Assembly: GCA_965228895.1 (NCBI GenBank)
Contig: OZ245842.1
Coordinates: forward strand, 1,824,001-1,888,000
Direction: 5' to 3'
Source of the DNA: Alphaproteobacteria bacterium
GTDB lineage: Bacteria; Pseudomonadota; Alphaproteobacteria; SP197
DNA length: 64,000 nt
Shown here: positions 1-9,760 of the stretch, one piece after another
Layout of the letters: each line of letters opens with the position of its first letter
How positions within the stretch are numbered: the stretch's first letter is position 1
Notes under the pieces: model-generated
The model's input: only the letters and a program-made list of their open reading frames with translations
Told to the model about the DNA's origin: nothing
Databases searched by the model: none
Position numbers and translations under genes: made by a program

Positions 1-294
1 GGTCAGGAAAACAAGTACGCGCACGATCAGGAGTTGCAGTTCAGGATTACCGCCAGACGCAACAAGCTGCTTGGCCTGTGGCTTGCCGAGCAATTCGGCA
101 TGTCCGGGTCCGAGGCGAATGCCTATGCTCAGGAAGTCGTCGAATCCGACTTTGAGAAGCCCGGCGATGACGATGTGGTCGAGAAGGTTCTGGCCGACAT
201 CAAGACCCACGGCCTCGACATCGACGAGCACAAGGTCCGCCGCCACATGGAAACCCTGGCGGCCGAGGCTTCGGAACAAGTCAGGTCAGAGTAA
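1..294 (+). CDS. DUF1476 family protein (alphaproteobacterial F1Fo-ATPase zeta inhibitor subunit), 5'-truncated by window edge
   Basis: Frame open from base 1 (GQENKYAHDQELQFRITARRNKLLGLWLAE...EVVESDFEKPGDDDVVEKV); ARRNKLLGLW and DF..PGD.DV are DUF1476 signatures. Confidence 0.88.
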   Translation, partial: GQENKYAHDQELQFRITARRNKLLGLWLAEQFGMSGSEANAYAQEVVESDFEKPGDDDVVEKVLADIKTHGLDIDEHKVRRHMETLAAEASEQVRSE

Positions 295-300
295 GATCGC

Positions 301-1596
301 TCAGTCTGCCAGCGCCCGGCCGATGATCGCGCCGGCGTGGCGGATGTAGAAGCCGTAGTCGAAGATCTCATCCAAGGCTTCGGCACTGACCTTGGCCGCG
401 ACCTCGGGGTCGGCCTTCAGGCGCTCGAGAAAACCGCCGCCTTCGTTCCAGGTCGCCATCGCGTTGGTCTGTACCAGGCGATAGGCGTCTTCGCGGCTGA
501 CGCCTGCCTGGGTTAGCGCCAGGAGGACGCGCTGGGAAAACACCAGGCCACCCTGCCGATCCAGATTGGCCTTCATGTTTTCGGGATAGACCACCAAGCC
601 CTCGACGACCCGGGTCATGCGAACCAGGGCGAAGTCGAGCCCGATGGTCGCGTCGGGCGCGATGTTGCGTTCGACGGACGAGTGGGAGATATCCCGCTCG
701 TGCCACAGCGCGACGTTTTCGAGCGCTGGGACGACGGCGCTGCGGACGAGACGCGCCAGGCCGGTCAGGTTCTCGGTCAGGATGGGGTTGCGCTTGTGGG
801 GCATGGCCGAGCTGCCTTTCTGCCCAGCCGTGAACTGCTCTTCGGCCTCGCGCAACTCCGTGCGTTGGAGATGGCGGATCTCCGTCGCCAGTCGCTCGAT
901 CGAGGAGGCGACCACGGCGAGCGCGGCAAAAAACGCCGCGTGGCGATCGCGCGGGATGACCTGGGTCGAGACCGGCTCCGGCGTCAGGCCAAGCTTTTCG
1001 GCGACATGGGCTTCGACGGCCGGATCGACGGTGGCGAAGGTGCCGACCGGGCCCGAGATGGCGCAGGTCGCGACTTCCGCCCGCGCGACTTCCAGCCGGC
1101 GCTTGCCGCGGGCGAACTCCGCATAGAACGAGGCAAGTTTGAGCCCGAAACTGGTGGGCTCGGCATGGATGCCGTGGCTGCGGCCGACACAAAGCGTCGC
1201 CTTGTGCTCGAGCGTGCGCGCCTTCAGCGCCGCCAAAAGTTTGTCCATGTCGGCGAGCAGCAGGTCGGCGGCTTCCGTGAGCTGCACGGCGAAGGTCGTG
1301 TCGAGCACGTCCGACGAGGTCATGCCCTGATGCATGTAGCGGCCTTCCTCGCCGACATGCTCCGTGACGTTGGTCAGGAAGGCGATGACATCGTGTTTGG
1401 TCTCGGCCTCGATCTCGTCGATGCGCGCGACGTCGAAACCGCCGCGCTCCCTGAGCGCTTTCGCGACGCCTGCGGGGATCGTGCCCTGGCGTTCCATGGC
1501 TTCGGCGGCCAAGGTCTCGATTTCCAGCATGATGCGGAACTTGTTCTCCGGCTCCCAGATGGCGGCCATCTCGGGGCGGGTATAACGCGAAATCAT
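301..1596 (-). CDS. purB: Adenylosuccinate lyase
   Basis: MISRYTRPEM start, KHDVIAF, GRSHGIHAEP and the fumarate-lyase signature GSSAMPHKRNP. Confidence 0.97.
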   Translation of the reverse strand: MISRYTRPEMAAIWEPENKFRIMLEIETLAAEAMERQGTIPAGVAKALRERGGFDVARIDEIEAETKHDVIAFLTNVTEHVGEEGRYMHQGMTSSDVLDTTFAVQLTEAADLLLADMDKLLAALKARTLEHKATLCVGRSHGIHAEPTSFGLKLASFYAEFARGKRRLEVARAEVATCAISGPVGTFATVDPAVEAHVAEKLGLTPEPVSTQVIPRDRHAAFFAALAVVASSIERLATEIRHLQRTELREAEEQFTAGQKGSSAMPHKRNPILTENLTGLARLVRSAVVPALENVALWHERDISHSSVERNIAPDATIGLDFALVRMTRVVEGLVVYPENMKANLDRQGGLVFSQRVLLALTQAGVSREDAYRLVQTNAMATWNEGGGFLERLKADPEVAAKVSAEALDEIFDYGFYIRHAGAIIGRALAD

Positions 1597-1739
1597 GATC
1601 GTAGGCTCAAAACGAGAAAACGAGCGCTAGACCTATCATGAAAAGTGGTTGAGCGCACGACGGGCGCGTCGCCTGAAAGCTGGCTGACAAGGGGCCCGGT
1701 TTTGCTACGCTGCCAACGACAGTTCAAAGGGAGACCGCC

Positions 1740-2120
1740 ATGTCGGAAAAGCTCAATGCGAAGCGCCACGTGTTCAACATCAAGGATGCGCCGTGGCAAG
1801 TCTACGACCTGCAGGGCAAATCTCAGGAAGACTGCCATTGGGCCAATCTGAGTTACAACGACAAATCCGGCGAGGGCTGCTTCCTGTTCCGGTTCGGCGC
1901 CGGCGCCCACTCAATCCCTCACGAGCACCTGGGCTTCGAGGAGTTCTATGTCCTGGAGGGGACGATCGAGGATAACGATGGTTACGTGTACAACCCCGGA
2001 GACTTTGTGTCTTTGGGTCCGGGCTCACGCCATTGCTCCCACTCCGATGACGGGGCGGTCGTCGCCGTGTTTTTCCGCGGCGGATTCCGCAACGTCGAAT
2101 GGGCTGAGTTGGACGACTGA
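1740..2120 (+). CDS. ChrR-like cupin domain protein
   Basis: PHEHLGFEEFYVLEG...YNPGDFVSLGPGSRH cupin metal motifs; GGGAG RBS upstream. Confidence 0.8.
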   Translation: MSEKLNAKRHVFNIKDAPWQVYDLQGKSQEDCHWANLSYNDKSGEGCFLFRFGAGAHSIPHEHLGFEEFYVLEGTIEDNDGYVYNPGDFVSLGPGSRHCSHSDDGAVVAVFFRGGFRNVEWAELDD

Positions 2121-2363
2121 ACGCCGGCCGAACAGGCCGCTTCTGCAGAACTTCAGAATACAGAGAAATTGCGATTAATATCAATAAGATAAACTAAAAA
2201 CCTTATGTGATATATGAAGCGTCAGGTGGTGGAATGTGTGGGCTGTGGTGCTCGTTTGTGGTGGCGGAATCGTGATGGCGCTGTTGGTTTTGTCGACGGT
2301 TGGGCGTTCCCATACTGACAGGACGGATCGGGCCTTCATAACGTCTCGGGAAAGGCCATACAT

Positions 2364-3347
2364 ATGCAACGACGTCAGGTGCTTCTGGCTGCCGCCGGCG
2401 CGGGTTTTCTCTCGTTTGTGGGAACGGCGCGGGCAGCGCCGAGTTCCGAACTCATCGACGATCATTGGTTGGGTGAAGGCGGCGGCGGGAAGATCGCCCA
2501 CGACCAATGGCAACAGTGGCTGGACCGTTATCTCGTCGTGTCCGATGACGGTATCACGCGGGTCCGGTATGGCGATGTCAGCGAAGAGGACCGCGATCAT
2601 CTTCGCCGCTACCTCGACGCCATGGCGACGATCGACATCACCGCGCACACCCGCGATGAACAGTACGCCTATTGGCTCAATCTCTATAACGCGGTGACCG
2701 CGGACGTCATTTTGACGGACTACCCGGTCTCGAGCATTCGCGATATCAACGATGGCCTCTTCTCCTTCGGTCCATGGAGCCGCGAGCTGATCGAGGTCGA
2801 GGGCAGGGCCTTGTCGCTGGATGATATCGAGCATGGCATCTTGCGGCCGGTCTGGCGCGATCCGCTGATCCACTATGGGGTCAATTGTGCCGCCGTCAGT
2901 TGCCCCAATCTCCTGTTGTCGGCGTTTCGGGGCTCAACGGTGGGCGCCCAGCTGACGGCTGCGGGCCGGGCCTACGTTAACGACCCCCGGGGCGCCGAGA
3001 TTGATGACGATGGTCGCCTGGTCGTCTCCAGCATCTATGTCTGGTTTCAGGAGGATTTCGGCGGCACCGATGCCGGCGTCATCGACCATCTGAGCGCGTA
3101 CGCCGCGGAACCGCTGAAGTCGCGCCTGGCCGAGATGAGCGACATCCATGATGACCGCTACGACTGGTCGCTGAACGATGCGACTGGCGCACCGGCGCCA
3201 GAGCAATCTTACAAGGGTAGCGGCACGCGGAATTCGGGGTCTGCGGTGTCGGAGCAGCCGGGGGCATCGTCGGGTAGCGGATCGGGAAACGTCGGTCGAT
3301 TGGGTAGCGGGACGAAGGTCGTACCGGCGGATCTGGACAATCCCTGA
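2364..3347 (+). CDS. DUF547 domain protein, Tat-exported, with Ser/Gly-rich C-terminal tail
   Basis: MQRRQVLL Tat signal; AYWLNLYNA, LSLDDIEHGILR, DPLIHYGVNCAAVSCP and SSIYVWFQEDF are DUF547 motifs. Confidence 0.88.
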   Translation: MQRRQVLLAAAGAGFLSFVGTARAAPSSELIDDHWLGEGGGGKIAHDQWQQWLDRYLVVSDDGITRVRYGDVSEEDRDHLRRYLDAMATIDITAHTRDEQYAYWLNLYNAVTADVILTDYPVSSIRDINDGLFSFGPWSRELIEVEGRALSLDDIEHGILRPVWRDPLIHYGVNCAAVSCPNLLLSAFRGSTVGAQLTAAGRAYVNDPRGAEIDDDGRLVVSSIYVWFQEDFGGTDAGVIDHLSAYAAEPLKSRLAEMSDIHDDRYDWSLNDATGAPAPEQSYKGSGTRNSGSAVSEQPGASSGSGSGNVGRLGSGTKVVPADLDNP

Positions 3348-3354
3348 ATCGGAC

Positions 3355-4716
3355 ATGTCAGGCGGCGGCTGGTGGTTTATCGGTGGCTGCCTCGTCGCCG
3401 GCTGTGTGGCCTTGCGCCTGCTGGCGCCCTCCTTTGCCTGGGAGGCTAATTCGGCTTGGCCGATGATGGCCGCCGTCGTTGCCGTCCTCATGGTCCTCGG
3501 GGCGATTTACATGGCACTGCCGCCGCTGATCCGCCGCAGTTCGGCGACCAGCCGGCTGATTGTTCTGGTCGTCGGCTTCGGCGTCGTCATGCGGGTTCTC
3601 TTCTTCGGCTCTGATCCGATCCTTGAGGATGACCACTATCGCTATCTGTGGGATGGCGCGGTGACGGCGGAGGGTCATGACCCCTTCCGCTATACGCCTC
3701 AGCAGGCGGCAGCGAACGGCGGCTTGCCGATCCATGATCTGGCGGTTCGGTCCGGCGAGGTTGTCGAGCGGGTCAACCATCCGCACTACCGGACCGTCTA
3801 CCCGACGCTTGCGCAGGCCGGTTTCGCGCTTGCCTACGCCATCGCGCCCTTCAGCCTGGATGCCTGGCGCGGCGTCCTGCTGGCCGCCGAACTGGTCGGC
3901 CTTGGCCTCATTTTGTTGACCCTGAAACAGCTCGGGCTCTCGCCACTATGGGCGGCGCTCTATTGGTGGAACCCCTTGATCGTCAAGGAACTTGCCAATA
4001 GCGCCCACATGGACGGCCTGCTCATACCCTTGTTGGCGGCCATCATGCTGACTGTCGCGTGGCAGCGCCACGTCATCGCCGCGCTGCTGGTCATGCTCGG
4101 CGCCGGCATCAAGCTCTGGCCCCTTCTGTTGCTGCCCGCGGTGCTGCGGCCGCTGCTCGCCCGGCCACGCGTGTTGATGCTCACGCTGGCGCTGGTCGCC
4201 GCCGTCGCCGTGCTGCTGGCGTTGCCGGTTCTGGGTGCGGGGTTACCGCCGAGCTCCGGTTTTGTCGCCTATGGTACGGCCTGGCAGATGAACGATGCCG
4301 GCTTCTCGGTCATGCTTGGCCTTGCCGAGCTGATCTGGACGCCGGATGCGGCGGCAACTGCGGCGCGTCTCGCCGTGATTATGGTCTTGGCGTTGTTGTT
4401 GATCATCGTACTGCGAAAGCCTGCCGCCGACAGCGAGCGCGCGATCGGCACGCTGTTGATTGTGAGCGCCGGTTTGTTCTTGCTCGGCCCGACAGGTTTT
4501 CCCTGGTACATCGCTTGGTTCCTGCCGTTCCTTACAGTTGTACCGGTCATGCCGTTGCTGCTGCTGACGGCGCTTCTGCCGCTTTACTATCTGCGTTTCG
4601 CGTTCGCCGCCGAGGGTATGGATCACCTCTTTGACCGCTACATCGTGTGGATGGAGTTTGGCCCCGTCTGGCTTTGGCTTGGCCTGATCGCCATGCGGCG
4701 CTGGAGGCAAGGCTGA
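3355..4716 (+). CDS. Multi-pass membrane glycosyltransferase, GT-C fold (GT87/DUF2029-like)
   Basis: EDDHYRYLWDG, TVYPTLAQ, WNPLIVKELANSAHMD, IKLWP, FPWY motifs; many hydrophobic segments; start placed at ATG 3355. Confidence 0.8.
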   Translation: MSGGGWWFIGGCLVAGCVALRLLAPSFAWEANSAWPMMAAVVAVLMVLGAIYMALPPLIRRSSATSRLIVLVVGFGVVMRVLFFGSDPILEDDHYRYLWDGAVTAEGHDPFRYTPQQAAANGGLPIHDLAVRSGEVVERVNHPHYRTVYPTLAQAGFALAYAIAPFSLDAWRGVLLAAELVGLGLILLTLKQLGLSPLWAALYWWNPLIVKELANSAHMDGLLIPLLAAIMLTVAWQRHVIAALLVMLGAGIKLWPLLLLPAVLRPLLARPRVLMLTLALVAAVAVLLALPVLGAGLPPSSGFVAYGTAWQMNDAGFSVMLGLAELIWTPDAAATAARLAVIMVLALLLIIVLRKPAADSERAIGTLLIVSAGLFLLGPTGFPWYIAWFLPFLTVVPVMPLLLLTALLPLYYLRFAFAAEGMDHLFDRYIVWMEFGPVWLWLGLIAMRRWRQG

Positions 4717-5417
4717 TGCGCCACGATAGGACCATCGCCGTGATCATCCCGGCGCTCAACGAGGCGGAGACGGTTGGCGACGTCATCGTGCGCATCCCGA
4801 CCTGGATCGACCGCATTGTGGTTGTCGACAACGGATCTGAGGACGGAACGGTCGACCGCGCGGCGCATGCCGGCGCCCATGTCGTCCAGGAACCCCAACG
4901 CGGTTACGGCGCGGCCTGTTTGCGTGGCCTGGCGAGCGCGCCGGACGCTGATATCTATGTCTTCGTCGATGCCGATCTTTCCGACGATCCCCGCCATATG
5001 GCCGATCTCGTCGATCCGATCGTGGAGGAGGGCGTCGATCTTGTCATCGGCGCGAGGTCGGTGGCGGAACCGGGCGCGCTGACCTTTGTGCAGCGTTTCG
5101 GCAACTGGCTTGCCTGTTGCCTGATGTCCGCGTTCTGGCGTTGCAGCTTTACCGACCTCGGCCCGTTTCGAGCGATCGGCGCGCCTGCACTCCGGCGGCT
5201 CGACATGCGCGACCAAACCTGGGGCTGGACCGTCGAGATGCAGGTCAAGGCGGTGCGCCATCGGCTGGTCACGCGGGAAATCCCGGTCACCTATCGCCGG
5301 CGCGCCGCCGGTCGCTCCAAGATCTCCGGCACCATCGTCGGGTCCGTGCGGGCCGGGTCGAAGATCCTCTTCGTCATTCTCTCCCAGGTCTTCGCCGCCA
5401 GACCCGCCGTCAGGTAA
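4716..5417 (+). CDS. Glycosyltransferase family 2 (polyprenol-phosphate glycosyltransferase-like)
   Basis: VIIPALNE, VVDNGSEDGT, RGYGAAC, FVDAD, TDLGPFRAI, GWTVEMQ; TGATG overlap with upstream stop. Confidence 0.9.
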   Translation: MRHDRTIAVIIPALNEAETVGDVIVRIPTWIDRIVVVDNGSEDGTVDRAAHAGAHVVQEPQRGYGAACLRGLASAPDADIYVFVDADLSDDPRHMADLVDPIVEEGVDLVIGARSVAEPGALTFVQRFGNWLACCLMSAFWRCSFTDLGPFRAIGAPALRRLDMRDQTWGWTVEMQVKAVRHRLVTREIPVTYRRRAAGRSKISGTIVGSVRAGSKILFVILSQVFAARPAVR

Positions 5418-6210
5418 GCAGAAGACGGGCTTCGCCGAGCCCGTCGATCGCGCAGATTGTCTGCTCGCCGCGCCCGATCGGCGTTGCGATGACGACACTG
5501 CCGGTCGAGACGATATCGCCCTTCTTCAGATGCTTGCCGCGCGCGGCCAGATGATCGGCGAGCCAGGCCAGTGCGGCGAACGGATGGCCCATGACATCGC
5601 TGCCTTTGCCGCGTCCTCTGGCTTCGCCGGCCACATGGGTCGTACCGATCATGGCCGCCAGGTCCAGCGTGGACCAGTCGGTTCGCTCTGGGCCCAAGAC
5701 CACCGCCTTCTGAAAGAAATCGTCGGCGATGAACTCGGCGGCAGCCCGTTCGGGCCGGTCCTGGTAACGCTCTTCGGTAATTTCCATGGCCGTCATGGCG
5801 GAATAGACAAACGGCGCGATGCTCTCCCGGTCATAGCCGTTGTCGTTGATCGGCGCATCGGCGCCGAGCCGGATGGCGATCTCGCACTCGGCCATGGGTG
5901 AGACGAATTGCTCGAAGGGCCGTGTCAGGGGTGAAGGGTGGATGTCGGCCGCCAAGATGCCGCCGACGCAGGGGCTCGGGATACCCAGCATTTCCTGCAT
6001 CACGGGCGTCGTGCAGCCAAGCTTCCAGCCACCCAGCGCCTGGCCCGCGTCGGCGCGCTTGGCATGAATGCGATCCTGGATGGCGTAAGCATCATCCACG
6101 TCTGACGGCCGCCAGGCGTTGGGCCAGTGGCCCATCAGCCTGTTGGCGTCGCGGTCGGCGATAAGCTGCGCCGCCGCCGTTTCCACCTGTTCAGGGTTCA
6201 TCACCAACAT
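5410..6210 (-). CDS. 2-keto-4-pentenoate hydratase / FAA-hydrolase family protein
   Basis: DAYAIQ, GWKLGCT, ECEIA, MGHPFAALAWLA, GDIVSTGS; exact start uncertain (6201-6219). Confidence 0.85.
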   Translation of the reverse strand: MLVMNPEQVETAAAQLIADRDANRLMGHWPNAWRPSDVDDAYAIQDRIHAKRADAGQALGGWKLGCTTPVMQEMLGIPSPCVGGILAADIHPSPLTRPFEQFVSPMAECEIAIRLGADAPINDNGYDRESIAPFVYSAMTAMEITEERYQDRPERAAAEFIADDFFQKAVVLGPERTDWSTLDLAAMIGTTHVAGEARGRGKGSDVMGHPFAALAWLADHLAARGKHLKKGDIVSTGSVVIATPIGRGEQTICAIDGLGEARLLLT

Positions 6211-6320
6211 CCCTATCAATCGTGCTTCGCGCTACCTGTCATGTTCGCTAGCATGCGCGCCGACCGCCTGTCTCGCGCCGATTGGTCCGCGCGCCGTAGT
6301 TCACGAGAGGATCCCCAAGA

Positions 6321-7574
6321 ATGAAGAACCCCCAAGACGTCAAGCTGGGTGACGGGACACCCGGCGGCTGGCTCAAGGATACGGAGCCGCAGATCGACAT
6401 GAAGCGCATGCGCGGCTATCGACTGCAACGCACCCGCGATGAGCTGGTCCGCCTGGACCTGGACGGTGTCGTGCTCTACGACCCCGTCAACGTGCGCTAC
6501 GCGACGGGCACGCGGAACATGTCGATCCACTGCATGCACACGCCGTCGCGCTTTGTCTTTGTGCCCGCGTCCGGCCCGGTCACGCTCTTCGAATACCGGA
6601 CGGCCCAGCACCTGGTGCATGGCATCGAGACGATCGATGAACTACGGCCCGCCGTCTCGTGGAACTATTTCTCTGCCGGCCCCAACCGCGAGGCCCGCGC
6701 CCAGAAGTGGGCGGCGGAGCTTGCGGATGTCATCCGCGAGACCTGCGGCAAGGACGCCAAGCGCATCGGTTTCGATCATGTCGACCCCTTGGGCACCGAT
6801 CTCATGCGCATGGAAGGTTTTGATGTGTTGGACGGCCAGGAACCGATGGAGTTTGCGCGCGCGGTCAAGTCCGATGACGAAATGGCGGCGATGAAATTCT
6901 CGATTGCGGTTTGCGAAGCCGGCATGTTCGAGATGCAGGAAGCCATGCGCCCGGGTATGACGGAAAACCAACTGTGGGCGATCCTGCATGAGGTCAACAT
7001 CGCCAATGGCGGCGAGTGGATCGAGACGCGTCTGTTGTCGTCGGGTACCCGGACCAATCCGTGGATGCAGGAATGCGGCGACAAGCTGATCCGGCCGGGT
7101 GAACTGGTTGCCTTCGACACCGACCTCGTCGGGCCACTCGGCTACTGCGCGGATATCAGCCGGACCTGGTTCTGTGGTCCCGGCAAGCCGTCGGACGAAC
7201 AGAAGCGGCTCTACACAATTGCCCATGAGCAGGTCGAGCATAACCTGTCGCAGGTGAAGGCGGGCATGACGTTCAAGGAGATGAGCGAGAAGGGCAAGCA
7301 GTTGACCGATGAGTTCGTCGCAAACCGATACGTCTCCATGGCCCATGGCGTGGGCCTTGCCGACGAATACCCGGTCATCGCCTATCCTCAGGACTTCGGT
7401 GGCACCGCCGGCTATGACGGCGTGATCGAAGAGAACATGTGCCTGTGCTTCGAAAGCTATGTTGGCGCCGATGGCGGCGAGGAAGGCGTCAAGCTGGAGC
7501 AGCAGGTGCGCGTCACCAAGGACGGCTGCGAGGTGCTGTCGCGTTATCCCTACGAGGATGAGCTCCTGAACTGA
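6321..7574 (+). CDS. dddP: M24 metallopeptidase-fold protein, DddP (DMSP lyase)-like
   Basis: GGEWIETRLLSSGTRTNPWMQEC, FDTDLVG..GYCADISR, HGVGLADEYP, FESYVG and GVKLEQQV resemble DddP and retain its binuclear metal ligands. Confidence 0.72.
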   Translation: MKNPQDVKLGDGTPGGWLKDTEPQIDMKRMRGYRLQRTRDELVRLDLDGVVLYDPVNVRYATGTRNMSIHCMHTPSRFVFVPASGPVTLFEYRTAQHLVHGIETIDELRPAVSWNYFSAGPNREARAQKWAAELADVIRETCGKDAKRIGFDHVDPLGTDLMRMEGFDVLDGQEPMEFARAVKSDDEMAAMKFSIAVCEAGMFEMQEAMRPGMTENQLWAILHEVNIANGGEWIETRLLSSGTRTNPWMQECGDKLIRPGELVAFDTDLVGPLGYCADISRTWFCGPGKPSDEQKRLYTIAHEQVEHNLSQVKAGMTFKEMSEKGKQLTDEFVANRYVSMAHGVGLADEYPVIAYPQDFGGTAGYDGVIEENMCLCFESYVGADGGEEGVKLEQQVRVTKDGCEVLSRYPYEDELLN

Positions 7575-7583
7575 GCCTGCCGT

Positions 7584-8678
7584 CTAGAATGATGTTCTAA
7601 GCGTTTGTTCGCGCTCGAAGCGTTCGATGGCGAGTTGGATAAGCCGGTCGATGAGGTCGGCGTAGGCGAGGCCGCTTGCTTCCCAAAGTTGCGGATACAT
7701 GCTGATCTTCGTGAAGCCGGGGATGGTGTTGATCTCGTTGACAATCAACTGGCCGTCCGGCCTTAGGAAACAGTCGACGCGGGCCATGCCTTCGCAGGCG
7801 AGTGTTTGAAAGGCGCGAATGGCGAGGGCGCGCATCTCCTCGCTGACGGCTTCGGGAATGTCGGCCGGTATCTCCAACGCCGCGCCATGCTCGTCGATGT
7901 ACTTGGCGTCATAGGAGTAGAACTCGTGGGTAGGAATGATCTCGCCGACAACGGAGACGACGGGGTCGTGGTTGCCCAGGACGGAGCATTCGAGCTCGCG
8001 CCCGTCGACAAACTCCTCGATCAGGATCTTCGTGTCGTAACCGAAGGCGTCCTGAACCGCTCCTTCAAACGTCGTCTCGTCGCTCACCTTGTGAACGCCG
8101 ACCGAGGAGCCGAGATTGGCGGGCTTGACGAAGAAGGGCAGGCCGACCTCGCCAACGACCGTTTCGAAATCGAGGACGTCGTGGTGGCGGTAGACGAGGA
8201 ACTTGGCGATGGGGATGTCGGCGTCACGCATCAGGCGTTTCATGACGTCCTTGTCCATGCCGACCGCCGACCCGAGGATACCGGCGCCGACAAACGGTAC
8301 GCCCGCAAGCTTCAACAAGCCCTGCACGGTGCCGTCTTCGCCAAAGGGGCCGTGCAGAATCGGGAACACGACATCCAGCGCCGCGCGTGTGTCGCCGGCT
8401 GAGAGATCGGTCAGCGCGCCGCCGCTTTGCGGCACCAGCGCGACGTCCGCCTCGTTCTCGCGGTTCAGCTTGATCAGCTTGGGGTCGCTCTCGTTGATCA
8501 GATACCGCGACTGATCGGGAAGCAGCCATCGGCCGGACTTGTCGATGCCGATCAGGGCGACGTCGTACGTCGTCTTGTCGATGGCGTCGGCGACGTTTTT
8601 AGCCGATTGGAGGGAAACCTCGTGTTCCGCCGACTTGCCGCCGAAGAGAATGCCGACCCTGATTTTTCTCTCTGCCAT
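7584..8678 (-). CDS. ddl: D-alanine--D-alanine ligase
   Basis: GGKSAEHEVSLQSA, HGPFGEDGTVQG, FVKPANLGSSVG, FYSYDAKY, NEINTIPGFT. Confidence 0.96.
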   Translation of the reverse strand: MAERKIRVGILFGGKSAEHEVSLQSAKNVADAIDKTTYDVALIGIDKSGRWLLPDQSRYLINESDPKLIKLNRENEADVALVPQSGGALTDLSAGDTRAALDVVFPILHGPFGEDGTVQGLLKLAGVPFVGAGILGSAVGMDKDVMKRLMRDADIPIAKFLVYRHHDVLDFETVVGEVGLPFFVKPANLGSSVGVHKVSDETTFEGAVQDAFGYDTKILIEEFVDGRELECSVLGNHDPVVSVVGEIIPTHEFYSYDAKYIDEHGAALEIPADIPEAVSEEMRALAIRAFQTLACEGMARVDCFLRPDGQLIVNEINTIPGFTKISMYPQLWEASGLAYADLIDRLIQLAIERFEREQTLRTSF

Positions 8679-8728
8679 GGGGTTTTGTCCCTCCGCTCCG
8701 GCCCCTGCACGGTGCACCCGGATGACAG

Positions 8729-9712
8729 CTATGCCGCGCGATTGTGGTTGTAAAGCGGCATGCTCAGATACTTCATGCCGCTATCGCACATGATGGTCAC
8801 GACCGTGGCGCCGGGACCTAGACGCCGTCCCAGATCGATGGCGGCGACGAGGTTGGCGCCGGTCGAGGTGCCGGCGAACAAAGCCTCAGTCTGGGCCAGG
8901 CGGCGGGCCATGGCCATGGCGTCCGACGTCGAGACGGTGGCGATTTGGTCGATCATGTCAGGGCGCCACAATGGCGGCACGAAACCGGGGCCGACACCCT
9001 CGATCTTGTGCACGCCCGATGTCCCGCCTGAGAGTACCGACGACTCCTCGGCTTCAACCGCGACAAGCAGGATATCCGGCTTGTGACAACGCAGCGCTTC
9101 GCCGTTGCCGCGCAGTGATGCGGACGTGCCGGTACTTTGAACGAACGCATCGATCCGGCCGCCGGTCTGGTCCCAGATCTCGTCGCCCATGATGTGATAG
9201 GCGGGCAGTTGGCCGGCGTTGTTGAGCTGGTCCGTCCAAAAGGCGCCCGTGCGGCCGGCGATCTCGTGGGCCGCCTCGATCATCGCGCGGGTCAGTGCCT
9301 CGTTCATGCCACCCGCATCGCTGTGAATCAGGGTCACCTCCGCGCCGAGGGCGGCCATGTGATCGCGTTTCTCCGCACTGAAGGCGTCGGAGGTCACGAT
9401 GTTGAGCGGGTAACCGCGCGCGGCGCAGATCAAAGCCAGCGATACGCCGGTGCTGCCGCCGGTGTACTCGACAACGCGGCCGCCGGGCTCGAGACGGCCC
9501 GAGCGTTCGCCTGCCTCGATCATGGCAAGCGCCATGCGGTCCTTCATGCTGCCGGTCGGGTTTTCGCTCTCGATTTTGAGCAGGATGCGGGCGCAGTCCT
9601 TGGGGACGATGCGCGTGAGTTCGAGCATGGATGTCTTGCCGATGCACCGCAGCACGGGGGCTTCCACACGTACTGGCTGGCCGATAAGGCGAGTGGGCGA
9701 TGGCGTTGTCAT
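8729..9712 (-). CDS. Cysteine synthase-family PLP enzyme (fold type II) with atypical loops
   Basis: ENPTGSMKDR (PLP lysine), HKIEGVG, CDSGMKYLS; YTGGSTG replaces canonical TSGNTG. Confidence 0.85.
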   Translation of the reverse strand: MTTPSPTRLIGQPVRVEAPVLRCIGKTSMLELTRIVPKDCARILLKIESENPTGSMKDRMALAMIEAGERSGRLEPGGRVVEYTGGSTGVSLALICAARGYPLNIVTSDAFSAEKRDHMAALGAEVTLIHSDAGGMNEALTRAMIEAAHEIAGRTGAFWTDQLNNAGQLPAYHIMGDEIWDQTGGRIDAFVQSTGTSASLRGNGEALRCHKPDILLVAVEAEESSVLSGGTSGVHKIEGVGPGFVPPLWRPDMIDQIATVSTSDAMAMARRLAQTEALFAGTSTGANLVAAIDLGRRLGPGATVVTIMCDSGMKYLSMPLYNHNRAA

Positions 9713-9728
9713 GGCGTCTCCTATTGAT

Positions 9729-9753
9729 TGTATCTACATTTAATGTATATACA
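9729..9753. promoter_or_regulatory. Palindromic operator, probable MarR site
   Basis: TGTATCTACATT-T-AATGTATATACA (11/12 inverted repeat) in the short gap between the divergent cysteine-synthase-like and MarR genes. Confidence 0.7.
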
Positions 9754-9760
9754 TATAACT

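Noticed and set aside
1740-2120. Cupin as a DddQ/DddW/DddK-type DMSP lyase because a dddP-like gene is nearby
   Set aside because: Motifs fit generic ChrR-like cupins and it is not linked to dddP.
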